From NCBI GenBank assembly GCA_934434555.1, contig CAKRZX010000010.1, positions 1,841 to 65,840 of the forward strand: a stretch of 64,000 nt of DNA. The letters are read 5' to 3'. Source of the DNA: an uncultured Clostridia bacterium (lineage in GTDB: Bacteria > Bacillota > Clostridia > Christensenellales > QALW01). Below, in pieces: positions 45,080 to 54,242 of the stretch (position 1 is the stretch's first letter; each line of letters starts with the position of its first letter). The position numbers were made by a program, and so were the translations under genes. The notes below the pieces were generated by a model, which was not told the origin of the DNA, did no database searches, and was given only the letters and a program-made list of their open reading frames with translations.

Positions 45080-46936
45080 TTGAAAGAAAACAGCAAAAAA
45101 GCAGGCTTTGTTCAAAAGGAGTTTCAGCGGCGCAGCCGAGAAAGACAGAAATTTGAACTGCAATGGCAACTGAATATGAACTTCTTTTCGGGAAATCAGT
45201 ATTGCGAAATACTGCCCGAGGCGGGACGAATTTATTCAAGCGATAAACAGTATCCCTGGCAGGAGAGGGAAGTGTACAATCACATTGCACCCATTGTGGA
45301 AAGCAGACTTGCAAAACTGAATAAGGTTTTGCCGCAAGTAAGCGTGCGTCCCGCAACCGATGACGAGGAGGACGTGGAAAGCGCAAAGGTAAGCACCCTT
45401 GTACTGCGTTCGGCATTTGAGAGAAACTCAATGGACGCGGTTATAAAGGAAGCCACCGTATGGTCGGAACTTTGCGGCACGGTGTTCTATAAACAGGGCT
45501 GGGTAAGCGCAAAAGGCACGGTTGTGGGCAGAGATGAAAACGGCAGGGATATCCGCGAGGGCGACATATTTTCTTCCGTTTGTCCGCCGTACGAGATTTA
45601 TCCCGACACGTCGGCGGTACAGGATATAAGCGGGTGCAATTCGGTTATTCACGCAAAAGTGTATTCCTGCGATTATATAAAGGAACTCTGGCACAGGGAA
45701 GTAAAGCCCCAGTCGGTAAGGACGCTTGGAGTAAACGAGTTTTTCTACAAAAGCGAAAACGAAGAAAGCGACAGGGCACTGCTGCTTGAATATTATGAGC
45801 AGCCCTCGGAAAGATATCAAAAAGGCAGACTGCTTGTTGTATGCGGCGAAGAATTGCTTTTTGAGGGCGATTTGCCGTACATAAACGGCGAGGGAAACAC
45901 GAGGAAGTTACCATTTGTTCAGCAGAATGCGGTTACGCGTCCCGGCTGCATATGGGGTGTTTCGGTGGTGGAAAGGTGCATACCCGTACAGAGAGCGTAT
46001 AACGCCGTGCGCAACCGTATGCACGAACTTTTAAGCCGCTCGGCGGTGGGCGTGCTTACGGTTGAAGAGGGTACCGCCGACGTGGACGATTTGGTTGAAA
46101 ACGGTCTGCGCCCCGGAAAAGTAATTGTATACCGTCAGGGCGCGGGCAAGCCGGAAATGATGTATCCCGGTAACATTCCGTCGGAATTTGCGCGGGAAGA
46201 GGCAGCGCTTTTGGAAGAATTCAACCTGATTTCGGGAACAAGTGATTTGATGCGCCAGTCGGTTGCACCTACAAACGTAACGAGCGGTACGGCACTTAAC
46301 ACCATTGCCGAACAGGACGACACCCGCCTTGCGGTTACCGCCGACAGGATTCGCGACGCGGTACTTGAAATTTCACGGCAGTGGCTCAGACTTTTCAAAC
46401 AGTTCGCGGGGCAGATGCGTCTTGAACGCGTGGTTGGCGCAAACGGCAAAATCGCAAAAATGTACTGGTCGGCAAGTATGCTTACTGCCGACGATGTAAT
46501 ACACGAAACGGAAAACGAACTTTCCGATTCTCTTGCCAACCGCCGCCAACTTATATATGAACTTATGTCCCGTGGGCTGTTTTTGGACGAAAACGGCAGA
46601 ATGAGCCAGAGAGTAAAGGGGCGCTTGCTCCGTGCGTTGGGTATGGGCGACTGGGAAAATATTTCCGACATAAGCGAAATTCACGTTGCCCGCGCGCAGC
46701 GGGAAAATTTAAGGCTTAAAAACGGAGAGGAGGTGCGGGTGCTGGATTCCGACGACCACGATATACATATATCCGAACACGCAAAGGTGTTTTTAAGCGA
46801 AGAATTTGAGGAAAACGCGGCGTTCGGCACCGACACTTTTGCCCGTTTTGAAGAGCATATAAGACAGCACAGAGAAAAATTGAAGGAGGAGAACTATGGA
46901 GATAAGCGAATTGGAAGAGAAAATCAGGACGCTTGA
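45080..46936 (+). CDS. Portal protein (module 2)
   Basis: 618 aa. TTG start after SD aaaggagg. Called on position and size. Confidence 0.7.
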   Translation: MKENSKKAGFVQKEFQRRSRERQKFELQWQLNMNFFSGNQYCEILPEAGRIYSSDKQYPWQEREVYNHIAPIVESRLAKLNKVLPQVSVRPATDDEEDVESAKVSTLVLRSAFERNSMDAVIKEATVWSELCGTVFYKQGWVSAKGTVVGRDENGRDIREGDIFSSVCPPYEIYPDTSAVQDISGCNSVIHAKVYSCDYIKELWHREVKPQSVRTLGVNEFFYKSENEESDRALLLEYYEQPSERYQKGRLLVVCGEELLFEGDLPYINGEGNTRKLPFVQQNAVTRPGCIWGVSVVERCIPVQRAYNAVRNRMHELLSRSAVGVLTVEEGTADVDDLVENGLRPGKVIVYRQGAGKPEMMYPGNIPSEFAREEAALLEEFNLISGTSDLMRQSVAPTNVTSGTALNTIAEQDDTRLAVTADRIRDAVLEISRQWLRLFKQFAGQMRLERVVGANGKIAKMYWSASMLTADDVIHETENELSDSLANRRQLIYELMSRGLFLDENGRMSQRVKGRLLRALGMGDWENISDISEIHVARAQRENLRLKNGEEVRVLDSDDHDIHISEHAKVFLSEEFEENAAFGTDTFARFEEHIRQHREKLKEENYGDKRIGRENQDA

Positions 46937-47360
46937 AGAGGAAAACGGCAAGTTGCGTGAGCAGTTGCCGCAAACCGACCCGGAAGAACAGGAGGCAGAG
47001 GAGTTTTTGAAAGAATTTCCCGTTGCCGGCGATTTTGCCGATGATATCTGCCGCTGTTTTGAAGAGGATGAGACTTTAAACGGAAAAGACGGACTCAACA
47101 AGGCACTTATGCGCGTGCTTATTGAAAAGCACCGCACACCCGAAAGTTTCGCAAACGATAACGAATTTTTGGAAAAATTCATTTTCGGCAACGAAACGGT
47201 TAAGAAGAGGATAATAGAAGATTATCTTTCGTCACTTTCAACATCACCGGCAGTCAGTTTCAAAAAAGGCTGTCTGCCCTGCACGGAAAGAGAAAAGCCC
47301 GGCGATGTGCGCGCCGCAGGGGAACTTGCAAGGGCTTTTTTCAGAAAAAACAAAAAATAA
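46896..47360 (+). CDS. Scaffolding protein (module 2)
   Basis: 154 aa, acidic coiled coil. SD gaaggagg. Lies between the portal and capsid genes. Confidence 0.55.
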   Translation: MEISELEEKIRTLEEENGKLREQLPQTDPEEQEAEEFLKEFPVAGDFADDICRCFEEDETLNGKDGLNKALMRVLIEKHRTPESFANDNEFLEKFIFGNETVKKRIIEDYLSSLSTSPAVSFKKGCLPCTEREKPGDVRAAGELARAFFRKNKK

Positions 47361-47372
47361 GGAGAAATAAAA

Positions 47373-48518
47373 ATGATTTCAGTTTCAACAGTTAACGCAG
47401 CATTAAAAAGTTACTATCTTGATGTACTCATCAACAACCTTAACAACTCAATAAGCCCCTTGTATCAGAAGTTCAAAACGACTCAGAGTTTCGTTTCCGG
47501 CAAGGAAATCCTTAAACCCGTTTGCTATGAACTTTCTTCCGGCATTGCCGCACTGGGCGAATATGACGAACTTCCCGCGGCGGATTCAAACAAGTACGCA
47601 GTTCTTAAAAGCGAACTTAAAAACCTTTACGGCACTATTCAGATTACCGATAAGGCTATGCGCGCTTCCGCCGATACCGAGGGGGCGGTCGTAAACCTGC
47701 TCAATGCCGAAATGGAAGGACTTATTTCGGCGGCAAAACAGAAGTTTTCGCGGATGCTTTACGGCGACGGCAAAGAGCTGCTTGGCACCGTTACGGCGGC
47801 TACAAGCGCAAAAACGACTTTCACCATAAGCGACGCATCGAAAATCAAGGCGGGTATGAAGTTGAAGTTCGTTGCCACCGGCACAATGGGCGAGGGCACG
47901 GTTGCATCTGTAAGCGGAACAACCGTTACTCTTACCGCCGCGGTAACGCTTGCCGAAAACACTGCCGTTTATAACGGCGATACCTACGCCAAGGAACTTA
48001 ACGGCCTTGAAACGTTCTTCTCAAAGCCCACTACGCTTTACGGCGTAAACACTAACGGAAAAGCGTGGCTTAAACCTTATGTTGGCGCGGAAACGGGCGA
48101 TATAAGCGACATTAAGATTCAGACCGCCATTGACTCGGCAGAAGAAGCAAGCGGCGGCAAGATTGACTTTATCACCTGCTCTTACGGCGTTCGCAGAGCA
48201 TATCAGAACTATCTTGAAACCACCAAGCGCAACATCAATCCCGTTGAACTTGAAGGCGGCTACCGCGCAATAAGTTATGCTGGCATTCCTGTTGTTGCCG
48301 ACAGATACTGCCCTTCGGGAGCAATGTATCTGCTTGACACGACTCTTTTTGATATGCACCAACTTTGCGACTGGCAGTGGCTTGAAGGCGAGGGCGGCAC
48401 GGTGCTTAAACAGGAAGCGGGCAGAGCGGCATATACGGCAACTCTTGTAAAATATGCAAACCTTATGTGCTTCCTGCCCTGCGGACAGGCTAAACTTTCG
48501 GGCGTAACCGAGAAATAA
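47373..48518 (+). CDS. Major capsid protein (module 2)
   Basis: 381 aa. SD aaggag. Called on position. ...YGTIQITDKAMRAS...GLISAAKQKFSRMLYGDG is typical of HK97-fold capsid families. Confidence 0.7.
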   Translation: MISVSTVNAALKSYYLDVLINNLNNSISPLYQKFKTTQSFVSGKEILKPVCYELSSGIAALGEYDELPAADSNKYAVLKSELKNLYGTIQITDKAMRASADTEGAVVNLLNAEMEGLISAAKQKFSRMLYGDGKELLGTVTAATSAKTTFTISDASKIKAGMKLKFVATGTMGEGTVASVSGTTVTLTAAVTLAENTAVYNGDTYAKELNGLETFFSKPTTLYGVNTNGKAWLKPYVGAETGDISDIKIQTAIDSAEEASGGKIDFITCSYGVRRAYQNYLETTKRNINPVELEGGYRAISYAGIPVVADRYCPSGAMYLLDTTLFDMHQLCDWQWLEGEGGTVLKQEAGRAAYTATLVKYANLMCFLPCGQAKLSGVTEK

Positions 48519-48536
48519 TTTTTCAGAGGTGGTTTT

Positions 48537-48908
48537 ATGGCAAACGCAAGGTATTCGGAAAACTATATCCCCGTCTGCTCGGATTCCCTCGGCATAATCG
48601 ACAGATTGAAAGAGATAGACGGCAGTTATTTTGTTCTTCTTAACCGCACAAGCGGCAGGTTTGAAATCCATTCGTCTTTACAGGGGCAGGACAGCTTCTG
48701 TCTTGAACTGCCTTTCCCGTTTCTCGACGCGCGTACTCTTACCTACGCGCGCCGCTACCGCAGAGAAAGGGCAAAAGAGATAATGGAAGAGATAGACAGA
48801 GAAAATGAAAAACTAAGGATAAACGAGGCGAAAAGACGCGCCGAAACCTTGCGGGAAGCCATTGAAAACGCGAAGGGAGGAAAAAATGAAACTTTCCGAA
48901 ATGATTGA
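48537..48908 (+). CDS. Hypothetical protein (module 2)
   Basis: 123 aa with SD. Confidence 0.45.
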   Translation: MANARYSENYIPVCSDSLGIIDRLKEIDGSYFVLLNRTSGRFEIHSSLQGQDSFCLELPFPFLDARTLTYARRYRRERAKEIMEEIDRENEKLRINEAKRRAETLREAIENAKGGKNETFRND

Positions 48909-49416
48909 GCGGGCGAAAGAACTGCTTGATAAAAACGATACCGATACTGCTTTTGAAAAGGCATTGAAAAACGGGATAAACACGGCATACCTTATTGTAG
49001 CAAGGGATAAATGGCGTCCCGTAATGCGCGAGGAAGTGAACATCGAGGACGGGACGGTGAAAATCAAGAACCTGACGAAGACATTTGTTTCGCTTAAATC
49101 GGCATATACTTCCGGCGGGTTCAGGCTGGGCGCGTGGGCGGGAAAAGACGCGGTTCATTTTCCGCCCTGGGCGACGAGCGCGGAAATAGAGTATTTCTAT
49201 CTGCCTGCACCTTTAAGTGCCGATGACGATGAGCCGGTTATTCCCGAATCGGCGGTGGACGCGTACGCGTATATATACTTTGCGGTTGCAAGATATTATA
49301 ATATCAAAAGCCAGCACGCAGAGGCGTCGGTATGGGATACACGGTACAGGAATATTATAGATAACATCAGGGAAATGCAGGGATGCGCAGTTATGCATAC
49401 CGAAAGGTGGGTATAG
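48886..49416 (+). CDS. Putative head-tail adaptor (module 2)
   Basis: ATG at 48886 after SD gggagg. Called on position. The track start is 48862. Confidence 0.4.
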   Translation: MKLSEMIERAKELLDKNDTDTAFEKALKNGINTAYLIVARDKWRPVMREEVNIEDGTVKIKNLTKTFVSLKSAYTSGGFRLGAWAGKDAVHFPPWATSAEIEYFYLPAPLSADDDEPVIPESAVDAYAYIYFAVARYYNIKSQHAEASVWDTRYRNIIDNIREMQGCAVMHTERWV

Positions 49417-50901
49417 ATGCTTGATATAAAAAGTCTGCCGCAGAAAGAGACGGAAACGTATTTTTACAGGATTAAAGAGTTCAAGGGGCTGAATATGCAC
49501 GACGACGGCACGGTTATGGATTTTGAAGAAAGTCCCGACGCGGTAAACGTGCGTTTTGACGGCGGCAGACTTAAAAGGATAAAAGGATTCGGCATTTCCA
49601 CGTGGCTTAAAGACGGTGAACAGGTGCTTTTAAGGCAGTTGCCCGAATCTGTTGTGCGCCTGTTTGAATTTCAGGCGTCCTCACCCGATGACGAGGGATA
49701 TAAGAATTTCTACTTTTCCGGCGATGAGGGGAATTTATATAAATTCACCTATGACAGCACCTTAAAAAAAATCTGTGCGGTAAAGGTGGAAAACGAATCG
49801 GGCGAAACGGGGATCTATACGTATTTTACGCAGTTCAGGCTCGGCAAAGAAAACTGCGCGCTTTTGGGCGGACCGCAGTGCGGACCTTATATATATAAGG
49901 AAGACGGCAAGTATACGCTTATTACGGGCGACAACAAACCCAAAATGAAACGCACGGCAATGCACTACGGGCGCATGTTTGGCGTGGGCGACCCGGGATA
50001 TCCCCAAAGAATATGGTTTTCGGCAATAGACGAGCCGGGGAATTTCGCCGTGTCGGAAACGGCGGGCGGATACATAGAAATAAGCGATATGACAGGCAAT
50101 GCAATAGACGTTGTATCGTATTTCGATACGCTGTACGTGTTCTGCCGGTACGGCATTGCGGCGCTTAACACGCTTTCGGTGCAAAGCGACTTTTCACTTG
50201 AAAACATATATTATTCCGACAGCGAAATTATCGAGGGAAGTGTGTGCGTGTGCGGAAACAGAATTCTGTTTGCCACAAGATACGGCGTGTATGCGCTTTC
50301 GGGAAGCACGGTAACAAAAGTGTCGGGGAAAATAGACGGTTTCTTTGAAAACGTGGTCTGCAAGGAAGAAACAAGCGTGTATTTTGCGGGACAGTACTTT
50401 TTGTCTTTTAATAAATCAGACGGCGCAAAAGGAATGCTTATTTTTGATTTGTTAAGTCGGCAGTGGCAGATTTTTTCGGGCACAATGCCGTCAAGTATGG
50501 CGGTGTTCAGGGGAAAAAACGAAGAAAAACTGCTTATTTCCCAGGGCACAAGCGGCGTGGTCCCACAGTGGGGCACGGGCAATTTTTTAACAAACTCCGG
50601 CGCGATAATCGCAAAGTGGACAAGCCCCGTAACCGACTGGGGCATATCGGGCAGCAAAAAGCGCGTGCGGGAAGTGCATTTGACTGCGTCGGGCAGCGGA
50701 ACGCTCAACGTTAAGATTTCTGCCGACGGCAGCACCCAGACCCGCACTGTTACGTTAAGCGCCGACGATAAACTTTTCAGGCTTCCCTTTGATATTGAGG
50801 GGAACCTTGTGGGGATTGAACTGTCCAACAGTACCGGCAACGATTTTTCCGTGGGTCCGGTTACGTTTATATATACCTTAAAGCGGGAGAAGGTGAACTG
50901 A
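49417..50901 (+). CDS. Large beta-rich structural protein (module 2; positional analogue of 19075-20904)
   Basis: 494 aa. Repeated beta-strand-like segments (YVFCRYGIAAL, ILFATRYGVYAL, YFLSFNKSDGAKGMLIFD). Confidence 0.45.
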   Translation: MLDIKSLPQKETETYFYRIKEFKGLNMHDDGTVMDFEESPDAVNVRFDGGRLKRIKGFGISTWLKDGEQVLLRQLPESVVRLFEFQASSPDDEGYKNFYFSGDEGNLYKFTYDSTLKKICAVKVENESGETGIYTYFTQFRLGKENCALLGGPQCGPYIYKEDGKYTLITGDNKPKMKRTAMHYGRMFGVGDPGYPQRIWFSAIDEPGNFAVSETAGGYIEISDMTGNAIDVVSYFDTLYVFCRYGIAALNTLSVQSDFSLENIYYSDSEIIEGSVCVCGNRILFATRYGVYALSGSTVTKVSGKIDGFFENVVCKEETSVYFAGQYFLSFNKSDGAKGMLIFDLLSRQWQIFSGTMPSSMAVFRGKNEEKLLISQGTSGVVPQWGTGNFLTNSGAIIAKWTSPVTDWGISGSKKRVREVHLTASGSGTLNVKISADGSTQTRTVTLSADDKLFRLPFDIEGNLVGIELSNSTGNDFSVGPVTFIYTLKREKVN

Positions 50902-50902
50902 C

Positions 50903-51250
50903 GTGACGATAGAAGACGAACAGCACTTGCTTTTCAGGCTTGCCCGCCTTGAAAACAGAATGAAGAAAGCGGAACTATCACCTGCTGCAATGCCTGCACT
51001 GCACGTCAATTTAGGTTCGGAGAATCCCGTAACGCGGACACTTTACTGCTACACGTCAAACGCAATGGCAAAGGTGAGCGCAAACGCGCCGTCGGGCGAA
51101 CTGGCGGTTACGCTTGACGGAAAAACGTACAGTATGACCGCGCCCACATACATATGTGTTCCGCTTAAAAAAGGAAACAACACACTGAATATTTCAAGTT
51201 ACGGTTCATACGGCGACCTGTTGATTGAAATACTTGAAATTAAAAGTTAA
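50903..51250 (+). CDS. Hypothetical protein (module 2)
   Basis: GTG start after SD gggagaagg. 115 aa. Confidence 0.4.
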   Translation: MTIEDEQHLLFRLARLENRMKKAELSPAAMPALHVNLGSENPVTRTLYCYTSNAMAKVSANAPSGELAVTLDGKTYSMTAPTYICVPLKKGNNTLNISSYGSYGDLLIEILEIKS

Positions 51251-51260
51251 CGGAGGTTTT

Positions 51261-51737
51261 ATGGCAAACGCATTTGAAACGGTTAAGAGTTCGGGATTTC
51301 TGAACGACATAAAAAAGGCGGCGCAGACAGCGGCAAAAAATGCGGCGTCGGACGCGAAAGCCTACAACAAAAAGTCTGACAGCGAAACAAAGGCAAAGAA
51401 GAACGCGGCGGCAAAACTCAAAGAGTACAACGCCAACATACGTTCCGCTCGGGAAGACTATAATTCCGGCGCCGAAAAAGCAGCGGAAGACTATAAGGCA
51501 AACAGCAGAAAAATTGCGTCGGCGCTTAAAAACAGAAGTATCGCCCTTAAAAGCGACCTGGCAGCACAGAAGATAAGTTCGTCAAGCATTGCGCAAAACG
51601 AAACCGACAAAGTACAGGCGGCTTTCGGTGCCCAGCAAGCCGAAAATAACCGAGATTACGGCGAAAAACTGCGCACCTTAAAGGAAAAACGCGACCGCAC
51701 AATAGAAAAACAAAAGAATAAAATCAGCGCACTGTAA
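51261..51737 (+). CDS. Ala/Lys-rich coiled protein (module 2, last gene)
   Basis: ATG at 51261 after SD ggagg. Followed by a terminator. Confidence 0.4.
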   Translation: MANAFETVKSSGFLNDIKKAAQTAAKNAASDAKAYNKKSDSETKAKKNAAAKLKEYNANIRSAREDYNSGAEKAAEDYKANSRKIASALKNRSIALKSDLAAQKISSSSIAQNETDKVQAAFGAQQAENNRDYGEKLRTLKEKRDRTIEKQKNKISAL

Positions 51738-51742
51738 AGGCA

Positions 51743-51779
51743 AAACCCCTCTCCTGCGAAAGCAAGGGAGGGGTTTTTG
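51743..51779. terminator. Bidirectional terminator between module 2 and the XRE gene
   Basis: AAACCCCTC...GAGGGGTTT stem followed by TTTT. Confidence 0.65.
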
Positions 51780-51989
51780 TTATTCCTTTACAAATTCTAT
51801 TATATCGTTTACACCGCAATCAAGCGCATAGCAAAGAGCGTCAAGAGTTTTCGTACTTATTGCTTCACCCTTTTTTATCCTATATAACGTGTTTGCCGAA
51901 AAGCCCTGTTTGAAAATCAGGTTATATTCCGTAATCCCTTTTTTGAAAAGAGTATCGTAAAAAGGCTTGTAACTAATCAATTTCATCAC
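51780..51989 (-). CDS. XRE-family HTH transcriptional regulator (69 aa)
   Basis: FKQGFSANTLYRIKKGEAISTKTLDALCYALDCGVNDIIEF is the typical short Cro/C1 HTH. Confidence 0.8.
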   Translation of the reverse strand: MMKLISYKPFYDTLFKKGITEYNLIFKQGFSANTLYRIKKGEAISTKTLDALCYALDCGVNDIIEFVKE

Positions 51990-52015
51990 CGTATAAATAT
52001 TATCATACTTAAATG

Positions 52016-52044
52016 CTTGACTATACTCAATAAATTGAGTATAA
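52016..52044 (+). promoter_or_regulatory. Consensus-like sigma-A promoter overlapped by a perfect 10-2-10 palindromic operator
   Basis: TTGACT, 17 nt, TATAAT. The palindrome TATACTCAAT-AA-ATTGAGTATA at 52021-52042 fills the spacer. Confidence 0.65.
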
Positions 52045-52090
52045 TTAAATTGACTGAAAAATTAGTCGAATTTTTTTAGGAGGTTTTGAA

Positions 52091-52801
52091 ATGAAAAAAC
52101 TTTTAGTAATGGCAATGATGTTCCCGATGGGCGGATGTTTGATGTGCAATGAGGTTCCGAATGCAGAGGAAAGTAATAACCCCATAACATCAGGTGAAAC
52201 AGTTACAGGCAGTGAAGTGAAATCAGGAAAGCCGGGCAAGGCAAAAAGAATATTGCTTGGTATTTTGTGCGGAGTGGCGGTAATTTCGGTGGCAATGTAT
52301 ATTGCAACAATGAAGATTATAATTCCTAAAACACATTATGACAGCGGTATTTCACTTATGGAATCAGGAGAATATGATAAAGCAATCTATGAGTTTTCCG
52401 AGGCGGGCAGTTACAAGGATTCTGCTTGGAAAATAGAAGAAACTAAAAAATTGATAGAAGAAGATAAAAAGCAAAAAGAAGAGAAAGCCGCAAATGATGC
52501 AAAAAAGGCGCGGTTGGATAAGTTTAAGTATGCGTTTTCGCAAGATTTGTCAGACAGAACAACTCTTTCGTCAGATGGGAAAAGCATAATTGTTGATTCG
52601 ATAGATTGGTTTGATATGTTTGGAGAATTAGATATATTGGTGATAATAGACGCACTTGAATTGCCGGATTCACTTTACAGCGAAATGACCCATACAAATG
52701 CACTTATGGGCAGACAAACAGAAACATTCGGAGATATTCAGGTTTCTTGGTCATATCACCCGGATAACGGACTTGACGCTGTTTTCAAACTTGTAGATTA
52801 G
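52091..52801 (+). CDS. Membrane-anchored hypothetical protein (lipobox-like N-terminus, one TM helix, TPR-like segment)
   Basis: MKKLLVMAMMFPMGGC..., TM helix ILLGILCGVAVISVAMYIATM, SD aggagg. AT-rich by eye. Confidence 0.55.
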   Translation: MKKLLVMAMMFPMGGCLMCNEVPNAEESNNPITSGETVTGSEVKSGKPGKAKRILLGILCGVAVISVAMYIATMKIIIPKTHYDSGISLMESGEYDKAIYEFSEAGSYKDSAWKIEETKKLIEEDKKQKEEKAANDAKKARLDKFKYAFSQDLSDRTTLSSDGKSIIVDSIDWFDMFGELDILVIIDALELPDSLYSEMTHTNALMGRQTETFGDIQVSWSYHPDNGLDAVFKLVD

Positions 52802-52843
52802 TTTTACTTGAATTCGGATTAATTCTTAATGCAACAGCCGCAC

Positions 52844-54154
52844 TCAATCGGGTGCGACTATTTGTGAAGTCTTATTAATTCTCTTGCCCACAACCCTTTC
52901 CTCAACAACGGAAATTGCCAAATGTGCGACCATACCGAAACCGAACATTAAAATAATTGTGTTCATATTAAACTCCACGGCGCGGGTTATATAGAGAATG
53001 TAAAAAATTCCGTAGTAAATAAGGTTGATTATCAGGGAGTTGACCGCGGTGCAGACGGTTTTGCCCAGACCGATAAATATATTGTCAATAATAACGCAGC
53101 CCGTATAGGCAAAGTAGAAAGGCACAAGTTTTATTACGATAAAAAATATTTCTTCGGCGTTTTCAAGGTGCTGACAGTAGCGGAAAAAGGGCGTCCACAG
53201 GGGAACGGTGATTATCCACAGTGCAAAACTCAAAAGGGCGATAAAGTGATAATTTGATTTATGAAGATTTTCATATCCGTCCTTGCAGTCGGAGCGGATA
53301 ACTTCGGCAAGGGCGGTAACGGGAATAAGCAGCCAGCCCCATATGAAGTTGTTTGCAATCCAGTAATTTCCCGATTGCGAAACGGCGTTTACGGTTTTGC
53401 AGACCATAACGGCGTAAATAAAGTTGTCAATAAACTGTTGCAGTCCGGAGAAAAAACCGGTTTTGAACCAGTCGCGGAACAGGGCGAAATCTGTTTTCTT
53501 AAAAGGACAAAACTTAATATACTTTTGCTTGTAGAGAAGAGCGGCACATATTATCGAAAGCAAGGTGTTTGAGATTATATTCGATACCGCAACGCCGTAA
53601 ATGCCGAAAACGGGAATGAGAATAAAGTCGGCAAGCAGGGAAAGCAAAGTGCGGGCAGCAAGAAAAATGTATACGTTTTTGTCCTTGCCGATAACCACAA
53701 AAACCACATTGGCAAAACTTACAACTATGCCCGCCATAAATGCAACGGTTTCAAGGCGGAGATACGCTGCCGCAGCGGATAAATCGATTTCGGCGGGATT
53801 CATAGCCGTCAGAAGATATTCGCCGTAAATTAAAACGCCCACGGAAAAAAGCGTGTAGAGAATAAAGGAAACCGTGCCGGTCTTAAACGTTTCAGCCGCA
53901 AAACTGTCAGGGCGGTGCTTGAAAATTCTGTTAAGAACCGAGTAAAGAGGAATAATCAAAAATGCCTGCAACGTTTCGTTTATTAAATCGAACCATTCCA
54001 TTTGCCCTATAATGTCAAAAGCGCCCGCCTGACCGGAAAAAGAAATAAGAAATGTTTTTACCGTTTGATACAGTGCGGGAACAAGCGCCAAAGCGCAAAG
54101 GGAAATCCACAGACGCATATTGAAATTTTTTAAGTCGGAAAAAATCTTTTTCAC
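52844..54154 (-). CDS. MOP-superfamily (MATE/Wzx-like) polytopic membrane transporter
   Basis: 436 aa with about 12 predicted TM helices. Adjacent to glycosyltransferase and LCP genes. Confidence 0.6.
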   Translation of the reverse strand: MKKIFSDLKNFNMRLWISLCALALVPALYQTVKTFLISFSGQAGAFDIIGQMEWFDLINETLQAFLIIPLYSVLNRIFKHRPDSFAAETFKTGTVSFILYTLFSVGVLIYGEYLLTAMNPAEIDLSAAAAYLRLETVAFMAGIVVSFANVVFVVIGKDKNVYIFLAARTLLSLLADFILIPVFGIYGVAVSNIISNTLLSIICAALLYKQKYIKFCPFKKTDFALFRDWFKTGFFSGLQQFIDNFIYAVMVCKTVNAVSQSGNYWIANNFIWGWLLIPVTALAEVIRSDCKDGYENLHKSNYHFIALLSFALWIITVPLWTPFFRYCQHLENAEEIFFIVIKLVPFYFAYTGCVIIDNIFIGLGKTVCTAVNSLIINLIYYGIFYILYITRAVEFNMNTIILMFGFGMVAHLAISVVEERVVGKRINKTSQIVAPD

Positions 54155-54216
54155 TTTTCACCTCACGAAAATATGATAATATATTCATTATACTTATAAT
54201 TAAGAACGCTTTTCAA

Positions 54217-54240
54217 CAAAAAATCCCCGCAAGGCGGGGA
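54217..54240 (-). terminator. Rho-independent terminator of the glycosyltransferase gene
   Basis: Minus strand: CCCCGC-CTT-GCGGGG followed by a T-run. Confidence 0.65.
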
Positions 54241-54242
54241 AA

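Larger units (their letters stand above)
43226..51737 (+). mobile_element. Second phage-derived module (packaging, head and a few post-capsid genes only)
   Basis: Ten co-directional, tightly coupled ORFs: TerS, TerL, portal, scaffold, capsid and five more. No integrase, replication, tail-fibre or lysis genes are adjacent. Flanked by spoIIE and an XRE gene. Confidence 0.7.

Noticed and set aside
44271-45431. 386-aa minus-strand ORF antisense to TerL/portal of module 2
   Set aside because: It lies entirely inside two well-supported + strand genes. The sequence is Arg/Pro/Phe-rich junk typical of antisense frames, with no SD or motifs.
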